DNA of 32,913 nt from Klebsormidium nitens (Eukaryota; Plantae; Klebsormidiophyceae). The DNA lies in assembly GCA_000708835.1 (NCBI GenBank), contig DF237733.1, positions 1-32,913 on the forward strand, in the 5' to 3' direction. Below are positions 21,701 through 32,277 of the stretch, in pieces (position 1 is the stretch's first letter; each line of letters opens with the position of its first letter). The notes below the pieces were generated by a model, which saw only the letters and a list, made by a program, of their open reading frames with translations, ran no database searches and was not told where the DNA came from. A program made the translations under genes and the position numbers.

Positions 21701-24000
21701 CGGGCGGCATGCGGGGACCGAGCCTGAGATCGAGAGAGCGTTCTCGAACTCATATCCGGGGTCGGAGGGCGCTCTCACCGGGGCTTTCCTTTGGGCAGAC
21801 CTGGAGGGCGCTTCAGAATCGGTCTCTGACAGGGGGTGTGGAAATGGGCAAGAGGGGCTCGTTTCTGGATCGGGGGCCAGAGCCGGGCTGGGCAAAATGG
21901 CAGGTGGAGAGCCGGTCCGGGCTTTGCTAGAGCGTGAGTACGGGGACTCGTCGATACTGGGGGGTGGCGTAAGCGTGCGGCCGGAAGAGCGGATCAGGAT
22001 CGATGCAGACGTCTTAGAACGGGCGGTAGGCGACCAGGCGTGCTCTTGTCGGATCTGCGCTTCGTCTCGGGGGGGCGGAGCGCTGTTTCACGAAGACGAA
22101 GACGACCCGCTTGTTAGCTCTGGTCCTGGCTCGGGGGACGAAAACGGTTTGCGTTTAGAGTCCGCTTTGCCCGGGGGTTTGGGTGCCGCGCAGGCGTCCT
22201 TTGCGAACCGGGGGGTCTTGGAAGGGCGGCCTGCCGCCCCCCCGAAACGGAGGAAGCGGCGGAGGGCGTCGCTGCTCTCACGCAACGTGTGCGCGACAGC
22301 TGTCCGGGCGCTCGGCGCAGCGGGGCGGGTACCCGAGCTTCTCGCCTTGCTACCGCATCTAGGGGGATCCCTCGCGGGGCAGAATCTGAGCAAGGCGCTG
22401 GTGATGCACCTCGCGAGGGACGGGAAAGTGGAGGAGGCCCTGTCGGTGCTCCTGTCGTCGCCGCACCGCACCGTCCCGCTGTACAACGTGGTCATGGATG
22501 CGGCCAGCAAGGCCTGGCTGGGCCACGAGCGCGTGGTCGCCATTTTCGATCTCATTCTTTCGGACGGTTTGGACCCGACCGTCTGGAGCTACAACACCGT
22601 GCTGTCCGCGCTCGTCCGCGAAAACATGCTGCCCGAGGCGTTCTACTGGCTGGACGAGATGCGGGTTCGGGGCTGCAAACCCGACGCGGTTAGCTATAAC
22701 ACGCTGATGGGCGCGCGAGTGCAGTTCAAGGTCGCGCGGGGGATCTTCGAGCAGATGCTGAGGGAGGGGGTTACGCCTAACCTGAGGACGTTCAACGTGC
22801 TCATTGCGGCGGTTGCGGCGATCGGGGACTACGAGGAGGCCAAGACGTGGGTCGTCCGGATGAAGGGGATGGGCATCGAGCCGTCGCAGGTACGTAGCTT
22901 TGATTGCTTCGTTTCTCTCATCAGACCCTGCTGGTTTCGTTCTCCCCTGCTTTACAAAGTGAGATTCTGCTGAGGATCGAGACGAGTGGGTCCCTTTCTT
23001 GCATGTTGTGCGGGCTTAGTTCGTCAGCAAAGTGGAATACCAAACCCGTCGAAGACGGGAATGACGCGCTTTTGGACAGGTTCAACAGCCTGCTGATTGG
23101 AACGAAAGTGACATAGGAACAAAGATCTTGGTCTGCTCCCTCATGCATATTGCAATGCCTGATAAAGCACCTGTCGGCGCACGGCCGGTTAACTGCCTCT
23201 TCCGCTAGCTTTTGTCTTCAGGGTGGGGCCGCTTTCTCGCTGCTGCGAGCACTCTGATCCCTGACTTGAACACGTGCTTTCCATCAAAAAACAGATTGAA
23301 GGCTGACGAACAAGTGAGAAATGCTCGTGTTTTCCTTCCCCCAAGTCTCTGAAGCCATGCGATCCGGGTTGTTCTGGAATGACGTTCTTCTCTGTGCACA
23401 AGTTACCTGCGCAAGCTCCGGTCACAGAATTGTTACTTCTTGGCATAAACTGTTCCTGACTTGTCAAGCTCGGGCAGGTTTCGGTCTGCAGAACGTTCGC
23501 AGCTAAGATCATCTGGGCAGTCACTTATCTGACCACCGTTCCGCTTAGACCCGCTATCCTTATTTACACTCTCATTTGTCGTCGCCTGGTTAGTTAGTCC
23601 TTACTGTGCATTTAGTGCTTATTCACACTTTCCGCTTCTGCAGGTGACGTACAACTCCCTCATCACGGCGTGTCTGAACGGCGGCTCGGGGCTCGACGAG
23701 GCCCTGTCCGTCGTCGAGCAGATGGAGGATGCGGGCTTCTTTCCCGACGTTGTCACCTACAACATCCTCATCGGGGCCTGCAGCCGATTTGGATGGCTTG
23801 AGGAGCGGAATGACCTGCTGGCGGAAATGAACTCGACCGGAATCAAGGCCAACGACATCACGCGGAAGATGATAGCGCTCCATAGGCCGGACGATTTAGA
23901 GAGGGGGTTTAGGAAACGGTTCGAGGTATGTTCTGTACGCGAACAGAATGTGAAGGTTGTAGTCGAAAAGAAGGGGCGACGGCAGCGGAAGGTTAGCTAA
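18755..24000 (+). CDS. P-class pentatricopeptide-repeat (PPR) protein with probable organellar transit peptide and very long low-complexity N-terminus, about 1265 aa, 3 exons
   Basis: Model join(18755..19361,20056..22889,23644..24000), phases match. Six clear motifs (VPLYNVV.., VWSYNTVL.., AVSYNTLM.., LRTFNVLI.., QVTYNSLI.., VVTYNILI..) plus about 2 degenerate ones upstream. The N-terminus is Ser/Ala/Arg-rich. The 3' end is uncertain because a strong donor GAG|GTATGT at 23925/23926 could add another exon. Confidence 0.88.
21201..21434 (+). repeat. In-frame 117-bp (39-aa) tandem duplication within the PPR N-terminal region
   Basis: PTSSSSGGSAPSNGAWKGKSVWRRD versus PASSSSQNVVASNGAWKGRSVWRRD; nucleotide anchors are offset by 117. 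Confidence 0.85.
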
Positions 24001-24904
24001 GCTAGCACTGTACAGAAGTTCGTAGGTATGCATTAGTTCGTGATAGTTCTGCCGACAGCGGCAACAATCTGGTAGTCAAAGGTGACAAATGATCCGACAA
24101 AGCCTTGAGCTAGGGGTTCAGGTCGTCCGGTGGGGATCAAATTCCGGACCCTCTTTAAAACACTCAAATCCGGAAAGCCTTTCTTTTCACCCGATGGTTT
24201 TATTCCTCAGTCGCGACCGTTTTACCAATTTGGCATGTGGTTGCCTATCGTGCGATCACTTGAATCGAGCTAGCTGATCAGAGACCAACGCGATGCGGTC
24301 ATGCTGCAATCATGCAAATCGGCAAGCTTCGGGTCCGACAGAGTCGATATCAATAGGTGCTTCACCAAGTCTCAATTGCTGTAAGTATTCTTTTGCAAAC
24401 CGATCATGCAAGAGCGAGATGCAGTCGACTTCTGCGCATGCCCGGCCTACTACACATCGATCATGCACTCTACAGCAGTGAGAGAAGCGCGACTGAACTT
24501 TCCTTCGTACGCATTCGCATTGGTCAGATCAGCGGATTTGGAGGTCACGTGGTCAAGTTCTGTCTAGCTGGACTCAGCCTTTAATTGACCATCATGTGCA
24601 TTAAATTCGATTGAGGACACGTATTCATGTGAAGCGAATGTGCGATAGTCGCATCGCCTAGTCACTGAACAATCAAGTCGTTATGCAAGAGACATGTCGG
24701 AAATACTGTCAGCACACATAAACGTTGTATAAGCTGCATGCAGCCCACTCCTCATTAAGGACCATGTCATCGTGAAGGCATCCATGCCCTATCAAAGACT
24801 GAACCGACTAACCCAGATCCTTTTTTGATCTACTTCGCAACTCTCAACAGCTTTTAGACATCGTGACAAAGATCTTAATTAAGAGAGTTAACGATCGAGT
24901 CGGC

Positions 24905-25150
24905 TCAGAAGCCCACGTCCCCTTGCTCCGCCATCGCTTGGAAAAATGCGGCCGCCGTTGCGGCATCAGCTGATCAAATTCACGTCTCTTCAGGCAGCTC
25001 AATCTGCGCGCGCACACACCCCAGCTCGGCTCCCCCCGCCAGCTTAAATCACCCCAGTCCTGCGCTCTCGTTCTCAGTACCCCCCTTGCCAAGATAGTGG
25101 GCCTCCCAAAGATCGTATTGTGCGCCCGCGTGCCCCTGATCCGCCGCTTT
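24905..25150 (-). pseudogene. Stop-interrupted continuation of the Sel1-repeat frame (about 2.5 further repeats)
   Basis: In the same frame, after TGA 25151-25153: KAADQGHAGAQYDLWEAHYLGKGGTENESAGLG*FKLAGGAELGCVRAQIELPEET*I*SADAATAAAFFQAMAEQGDVGF*. TGA codons lie at 25049, 24980, 24974 and 24905. Confidence 0.8.
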
Positions 25151-26305
25151 TCAAAGCCACGTGGCCGCCTCCGCATCATCTCGGGCGACGCCCTTTCGCT
25201 CGCCGTATAGGCACCCCAGCTTATAATATGCATCTGGGTAGCCTGCGTCACCCGCCCTCTTGAGCCACATTACGGCGTCCGCCAGATCCTGTTCCGTACC
25301 GGTTCCGTCCCGATACCTCGGCAGCAAGTCGTGCTGTGCGAGCTGAATAGCGGAATGCGCCGCTCTGTTCTCCCACGCGGCCGCCTCTTCGTAGTTCCTC
25401 GCGACGCCCTTTCTGTGCTCGTAGCATTCCGCCAGGCAGAATGCTGCCGGAATCTGTTCCCTTTCCGCAGCTTTTTCGTACCACTTGAACGCCTCCTCAA
25501 AGCTCTGCTCGACGCCCCGGCCTAGCTCGTAGCACACCCCGAGCTCGTAACACGCGTCCTTGTCTGCGTGCGCCACGTGGCGCACGTGTTCAGCCGCCTC
25601 CCTGAACAAACGCACAGCTCCTTTCGGATCCGTTTCCAGGACACCCTTGCCGATCTTATATAGCATATGAGAAATTCCGCTTCCGGCATAATGGAGCTCT
25701 TGGCTTTTCAGAGCTTGTTCCGCCCAAGAAACCGCCGCGGCGCCGTCTCTCTCGCACCCCGTTCCGTTTGCAAGGCACACTGCTAGCTCGATCATGCAAT
25801 CCCCGCTCCCTAGTTCTGCTCCCACTTTGAAGAACTCCACGGCCTCCTCGTGGCGCTCGTCTTCGGACGCATCCACGCCCTTGTCTAGCATGGCGCCGAA
25901 GAGCGCGCTCTGCGTGCGCGCGTTCCCGTGCGCGGCCAGCTCCTTGAACAAAGCGAGCGCTTTGGATCGCTCCACGTTTCCGAACCTTACGTACATTGCC
26001 GTCCTAAGAAGGGTTCGCATCTCCTGAGAAACGTCCCCAGGGGAACCGACGACTTGCGCGTGCTCGAACAAGACCAATGCCGCCGTGCAGTCTTTGTCGC
26101 ACCCTTGCCCTAACAAGAATTGACGCGACAGCGCAGCCATACATTTGGCACACCCCGAGGCAGCCCCAGATCTGAAAAGCTCCAAGGACTCTACGTAGCG
26201 TTTCTGCAAATGCGCGGTTTTCCTTTCTGTGGAAGATCCTTTCCAGCGCGCTTGCGCGCGCGCTTTCCAAACCAGAGACCGCTTCCTCATAATCTCGATT
26301 GCCAT
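25151..26305 (-). CDS. Sel1-like repeat (SLR) protein, truncated or decaying; up to 384 aa as a single ORF
   Basis: About 8 Sel1 repeats, e.g. ACYELGVCYELGRGVEQSFEEAFKWYEKAAE, AAFCLAECYEHRKGVARNYEEAAAW, AYYKLGCLYGERKGVARDDAEAATWL. The 5' end is unresolved: a possible acceptor TTTGCAG| before 26203 and a possible first exon 26419-26460 (MFASRRALAWAALK). Confidence 0.8.
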   Translation of the reverse strand: MAIEIMRKRSLVWKARAQARWKGSSTERKTAHLQKRYVESLELFRSGAASGCAKCMAALSRQFLLGQGCDKDCTAALVLFEHAQVVGSPGDVSQEMRTLLRTAMYVRFGNVERSKALALFKELAAHGNARTQSALFGAMLDKGVDASEDERHEEAVEFFKVGAELGSGDCMIELAVCLANGTGCERDGAAAVSWAEQALKSQELHYAGSGISHMLYKIGKGVLETDPKGAVRLFREAAEHVRHVAHADKDACYELGVCYELGRGVEQSFEEAFKWYEKAAEREQIPAAFCLAECYEHRKGVARNYEEAAAWENRAAHSAIQLAQHDLLPRYRDGTGTEQDLADAVMWLKRAGDAGYPDAYYKLGCLYGERKGVARDDAEAATWL

Positions 26306-27193
26306 GGAACCCCATCATGCGCAGGCTCTCTGCCTGTCCCCTGTCCATATCGCAGGCTGGCGCCGTTGGCAACGCTTCGACACTTATCTGAGGCTGCTTC
26401 ACTCACCTTCTAATTTACCTTCAATGCAGCCCATGCCAGAGCGCGTCTAGAAGCAAACATATCAAAGGCCTGGCCCAAACCATTGCGGGAGACTTTGCGG
26501 GTGGTAATATTGCGTTGATCCGAGGGGTGAGAGAGGACTGAATGAGCGCCTTTTCGCATCTTGTGAAAGTTTTTTCAGCTCGGGGGACGGTGATTCGCGC
26601 GGTCGCTATTCGCCAAACCCCAAACCCGGAGCTTAGTTGCGCGCGCCGTGCCCTTGACGTCCGATCGACGCGCTTTGCGGGCGCGCCACACGTGGCAGCC
26701 GAAGTCGATTGTCGCGGCCGGCCTGATGCAAGTTGCACGGTAAACCCTGCCTGGTTGCATCACAGCCGTCCACAGTCCACAATTGTGTCAATTGACCGTT
26801 AAATGGATTCGATATTTCTCATCTAAAACTTGAGCATCCTGTTCGTTGGGGTGATGATTGCGGCCACTACTCTTGTCTGATGCGTGCTGCACATCAATTA
26901 AACGGCAGAACTTTACAGAGCAATAGTCTGGCTTTGAAGTTGCGGCGCTGCGCAAGTGATGCGCTTTCAGCTTGCTGAAGATGACGTATTCTGCAGCTTT
27001 ATGTGAGCAGGGCGGGCAGCGTGAAACGTATGCATTCTAAGATCGCAAGTCACGAGAACACATCGGGTTGGTTGTCACTCTTGTATTAGTAGGCGTGTAG
27101 TCAGACCAGGACCTGAGGATCGAATGAGGATTGAACAGACCTTTGAAATTCAGTGGGAAGAAAGAGTTTTAGTGACTTAGACAAGAAGACTTT

Positions 27194-27262
27194 GTAAGTT
27201 GCGGCCTGACTGCTCAGCCTCCAGGTGGTGCATATGCACCTTACGTATGAGCAACATTTCAG
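27194..27262 (+). other. Probable 5' UTR intron (69 nt) of MYND gene A
   Basis: GTAAGT donor at 27194 and CATTTCAG acceptor ending at 27262, three bases before the ATG at 27266. Confidence 0.45.
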
Positions 27263-27265
27263 ACA

Positions 27266-29131
27266 ATGGAAGAAGACCTAGACAAGGTCGTGGAGGAGTA
27301 TGCAGCCATGATCAACTCATCTCATCACGAGAGGATTCTGGAAATGTATCAAGCGCTGGAGGAATTGTTTCTCTCAGGGGAAAAGGGAAGTGAGACGACG
27401 TTTGCTAGGATTGCTCAAGAACTTGCCACGTATCAAAATGATGCTCTTTTGAAGCCCCTTTTGCTCGGCATTTTGGAGATATTAGACCGTGAGGATCTGC
27501 ATGCGAGGACCTCTCACTTCAGGGCTTGCTGCTTGGCAATCAACACATTGACATCAAGCGCAATTGTGGTCAAAAAATGTCTGATGGGAACAGGCCGGAC
27601 GGAAAAGACGCGCCCTGCTCGGATCCTTTACGAAGATTTAAGTGCCACCGCATTACGCAGGTCACACGCTCTAGAAAAAGGAAACGCTAGTGCTGCAAGC
27701 CTTTGCATTATTAGACCTCCGGAAATCTTGGCCAAGTTTACGAGAGCTTCCAGAGTTTTCCGGAAAGCCATGAAGAACATCTCAGAAGATCGGAACATGT
27801 ATGAGACGTTTGGAGACTTTTTGTCCGCACAGTTCCTCTCCAAGCTGTTTCAGACAGCTTGGAGAGATCAGAAAGACGCCGCTGCGATCAGAATGTGGCT
27901 GTCGGAAATGGCGGTCTCGCTTGCTTTCTCAGAGGACAGTCAGCCATGGGTTCTAGACATGTGGCTTCTTAAGTTGATGGCAGCCATCTACGAAACTACA
28001 AAGATGCAAAACCTCTCAGACGATGTGAAGCAGACCGACTCTCCTGTGGCTCGTTGCGCAATCCTTCTCTGCTTGCTGAACAAACAGGGCACGATAGAAA
28101 AGCTGCGAGCTCACAATGCACTCTCAGGTTTCAGCCCCCACAAACGGAAGATAAACAGTGCTGATCCGCGGTACAAGCCTTGGAGCTACATCGAAGCAAG
28201 ACTGCAAGGACGGCCTATGCGAGCACAGGATCTAGACCCACGCTTGATAGAGATCTTGCCGGAGATTATGCAGCATCCGAGTCCTTGGAACTGGACTCCC
28301 ATCGTCTGCTCGTGGAAGCTGTGCACGGCAGGCCCCCAACCGGAAGGTGATGGGAAGAAGTATGGAAAGTGCGCTGACTGTCAAGTTGCTCGCTACTGCA
28401 GGTTAGTTCCGAGTATCCTCAGACTATCTCCAATTCCGAAGCACTGCATGGCCGTCATTCTGGTCGTCACTCTCGCACCCCGTTCCTTTCATCATCTTGG
28501 CATCCCCAGGTCGTTTGCGGGTGGAGATCCTGAGCAAGCGCTCTTTTTTAAAGACCACTCTTCACCTTAACGTAGAGGGTTAACCTTCTCCTAGCCCCTT
28601 CGCTTAGGATCTTCCGCAACGTCCTCTGTGCCGGTACAAAATATTTCGATCACAGTTGTGCATAGGGATCAAAATCGGGCAGGCACTACGGTTGGGAGTT
28701 GCTCAGCAGACAGTGTACCGGCCACAGCTTGCTCGAGATCGCGCTTCGGTACTGCTCCTGCTTTTCTTCACTTGCTATGATAATTGTATTACGTTTCGCT
28801 TTTAGTCAATCACAAGATTCTTGACTGCCACGGACAGCTCTGTCCAAATTTACGGCTATACTGGCTCCTGCTCAATCTCGGATCTATTTGAACGTGTTTC
28901 CATCTACCTCCTTGAAACTTTTGTCACCATTTTGCTGCGGTTGCTTCAGATGCTTAAATGAAGGTGCCCGTACTATGTCCTCCCGGTTCAGTGAACAAAT
29001 TGCAAGCTCAATCAAATCAGCCACGTCCGCTCATCTGCAGAAAGGAGCACCAGATTCTGCATTGGCCAACCCACAAGATCCACTGTCAAGCGGGACGGAC
29101 AAAGGTTCAAGGGCCCGGAGGTGAAAGTTGA
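27266..29131 (+). CDS. MYND-type zinc-finger protein A (helical N-terminal domain + C-terminal zf-MYND), 408 aa, 2 exons
   Basis: Model join(27266..28401,29041..29131), with a phase-2 intron inside the finger. Finger: CSWKLC..CADCQVARYC-R|KEHQILHWPTHKIHC. Confidence 0.9.
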
Positions 29132-29373
29132 CGTGACGGACCGACGAAGAAGCTCGATAAGCAGGGCGCGAACGCGAACGTCTTCAAGGTTAAGATCAAG
29201 TGCACATGGAGGTACATAGTTAAAAATACAAACCGGTCTGCAAAATTTTGATCATGCATCCAGTCGAGTAGCAAGGAGCGCTCTTGAATGCAACGTTCGT
29301 GCACGACACAGTTAAAAATCAGAGGGGAACGATTTGGAGACGCACGACGTATCAGCAAAAGAGCGGCTGGTAA

Positions 29374-29401
29374 ACTAATAGGAGGGGACTAATAGGAGGG
29401 G
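29374..29401. repeat. 14-bp tandem duplication ACTAATAGGAGGGG x2
   Basis: Read directly at 29374-29387 and 29388-29401, between the two MYND stop codons. Confidence 0.9.
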
Positions 29402-30434
29402 AGTAATTTAAGGGTGAGAATTGAAGATGCTCGATTGATTGAAAGCCGGGAAAAAAAATGGGCACCACTGTTGTAAGAGGTGCCCAAGTTGTACCTTCTT
29501 TGTTTCCGGGACGAGATCATGTGAGGCGTGGCAAAAATTTCACAATCAATTCGAGCAGATCGATCATAGACAAAATCAAGCAGGACTGCATGACTCTTGC
29601 GTCACGTTAAGTGAATTCTGACGTCCTAGTCCTTTACGTTGTCTGTTCGTAGCATGTATGACCACGCAGTTAGCTCTGCTGGCATGAGCCGCACAAAGTG
29701 TAGGCGGGCATGGATTCAAAGTTTTGAGCGCATGCTGTATGGTGGCGATGCTGGGAATGCAACTTATTCTTCATGAAGCTATTTGTAGGTTAAGATATCT
29801 ATTGAGTATTCATTGTCTCATGCGCTCGCTCATGTTTCGTGCTATAATCGAATCTAGCATGGCGGCAAACGAGCTTGCGATCATAGCTATTGAGGCTCAT
29901 CAACGTTAAAAGTCCAAAAACGAGCTTCAACTTCAATTAGTGCATTCATCTTGAACAATCTACTTGCAGCTTCTGCTACCACTCCAGAGTCTGACCAAGA
30001 TCAAGGAACGTGGAAAAACTTCCATTGAGAAACGTGCGCACCCTCGCCGCTTTCTGATGCAAATGCCCAATAACCTTCAGCTGATAGTGTCAAGCTTTCG
30101 GATATATGGAGCTATGTGCACAAAAAGAGCAGCCCTGCTGGATTTGTTCGTAGAAATAAAGGACCCGAAAGCTTCGAGCATTCTGTCACGTGTCAATCCG
30201 GCACACTGACAAGGTCGTCTTACCCGCTTGTCACAAAGAGTTTGTAGGGGCCTCAGATCCAAAAGCTGTTTTGCGCGAGGCGCGTACACATACCAGCTTA
30301 CTGCTCCTCATGGCAGCCTTCTTTGATGTCGGAACCGGTTGAAGTTAAAGCAGCCTGCGGACAACCGCTAGTCTACCTCGAACAAACCTCGTACTGCAAC
30401 TTCAGATGGATGGTGACGCTTATCTCAGTCTAGC

Positions 30435-32277
30435 TCAGTCTTCAAACGGCCATGTACGTCCAAAACAGCCGTTGAAGAGTGTCGGACCATACGGCACACC
30501 GTCCTCAAGTACGCCGGAAACGTTCCCTGCTTGTTCAACCTTCCCTTTCTCATCTTCCTGAGAAGGCTGATCTCCGGGGAGTTTGACTGGACCAGCCTGG
30601 CAGTGTTTCTTGTGGTTTGCCCAGTGAATACGCTGATGCTCCTTGCTGCAGAAAAACAGTACAGTAAGGTAAGATTATCATATTTGAACGGCTCACAGAC
30701 TTTTGGGATCCTGACGACCTCATTGAGAAAGAGCAGATTGAACTGGGGTCCAACGCCTACTCCGTAATTTCAACGAGTTTTCCGGTCTTTCAACTTTCCG
30801 AGTGGACACAAAACTGACGTTTGAAAGTACTCAAAAGCGCAAAGCCCTGAAAGCTTGCTTTAAGCGGCTAATCAACTGTGATCATGTCTTTCTGATCAAG
30901 TGCTGTTCACCAGACAACCAAGCAGCTGTTTCTGTTGAATTGAACTGCGACTGACGCGTGCGAAGCCTGGTACACTGCAAGGATGTGAAATACGGACGAT
31001 CCAACAATTCGGCCTATCCAGATCCTCAGAACTAAGTTCTTCCCGTGACCACGACGGGGGGCGACTAGAGAACGATTAATGACACGTCAAACTGAACCAT
31101 TCCAGCCAATGCTACGTTTGAACCATCGGTCTTGAGGCCCTGCAGAAATCATTCTGATCGCTTCTTACCTGCAATAGCGGGCAACTTTGCAGGCGGAACA
31201 CTTTGCGAACTTCTTTCCGGCGAGGGGTTCCGGGCCTGCCGTGCACAGCTTCCACGAGCAGACGACCGGAACGGAGCTTCCGCTAAGAGCCGACTTGGCG
31301 GTCCATGTCTGGCCAGTACTTAGGTCTTCCAAAGTCGCTGAAAAGCCCATCAAATTTGCTTCGATGTAACCCCAGATGTCGAAGTCCGGGCTGGCACCGC
31401 TGATCTTGTCTCTGTGGGGCCGGAACCCCGAGAGCGCGTTGTGCGCGCGCAGCTTCTCCGTCGCAGGGTCGGACTCGAGCAAGCGGAGAAGGATCAAATT
31501 GCAGCGTGAAGCTGGAAACTCATCCCTTTTGGATATGTCCTGGAGCTGACCCAGGGGCGATTGTTCGTAAATAGATGCCAGGATTCTGAGTAGACCCTTG
31601 TCCAGAGCCCAGAGCTGTGTATCAGACGAGAAAGCAAGCGTCATCGCTAGACTGGACAAGGCGAGTCGAACCGCGTAAGCGTTTGAGTCGCACAACTTCT
31701 TGAGGAACTCAGCGGACAGAAAGAATCCAAGTTGCTCGAAAAGGGTGTGATCTTTCAGTACATCCTGCATGCCATCTCTGAAGACTCGAGAAGCTCGAGC
31801 AATGTTGGCCAGGCATTGAAGAGGCGCAACCACAAAGAATAGTCCAGCCATGGTGTCGTCCCCGCGCTTCAGCTCTCGAGCTCTTTGCAACGCGTCGCGC
31901 GACATTGTCTCATAGATCTCTTGCGCGCACCGTCTCTCCTCCCCCTCCTCTATCATTCCCAAGCAGCGCTCTACTACAACCTTGCTTGAGGTTAGGAGGG
32001 CAGACACCAAGCAGCAGCCTCCATAATGATTGTGTGCTTTGTCTGCATCTGCGTATCTGTAACACCCCGGCGCCCCCGCAAAGATCCTCTCCAGAACAGC
32101 GCCCCCTTGGAACGCCGCAAGCTCTTGAGCAAGCCTGGCAGACCTCTCCCTCCCTTCGCTTCCTGGCTGTTCGAAGGCGGTCTCCAACTCATTATAGCCT
32201 TTTGCAAATTCACCTAGATCATCTGATATGAGAAGGGCGGCACAACTCTTGACCTTCTCGTCCAGATCCTCTTCCAT
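30435..32277 (-). CDS. MYND-type zinc-finger protein B, paralog of A, 439 aa, 2 exons
   Basis: Model complement(join(30435..30645,31169..32277)), with the same phase-2 intron position as gene A. Finger: CSWKLC..CSACKVARYC-S|KEHQRIHWANHKKHC. The tail after the finger is less certain. Confidence 0.88.

Noticed and set aside
24844-25251. 135-aa minus-strand ORF as a frameshifted Sel1 continuation
   Set aside because: The Sel1 similarity stays in the original frame across the TGAs; this alternative frame has no repeat pattern.
24905-32277. Endogenous giant-virus or transposon origin for the Sel1/MYND cluster
   Set aside because: No viral hallmark gene, transposase, reverse transcriptase, terminal repeat or compositional break is visible, and the MYND genes have canonical spliceosomal introns.
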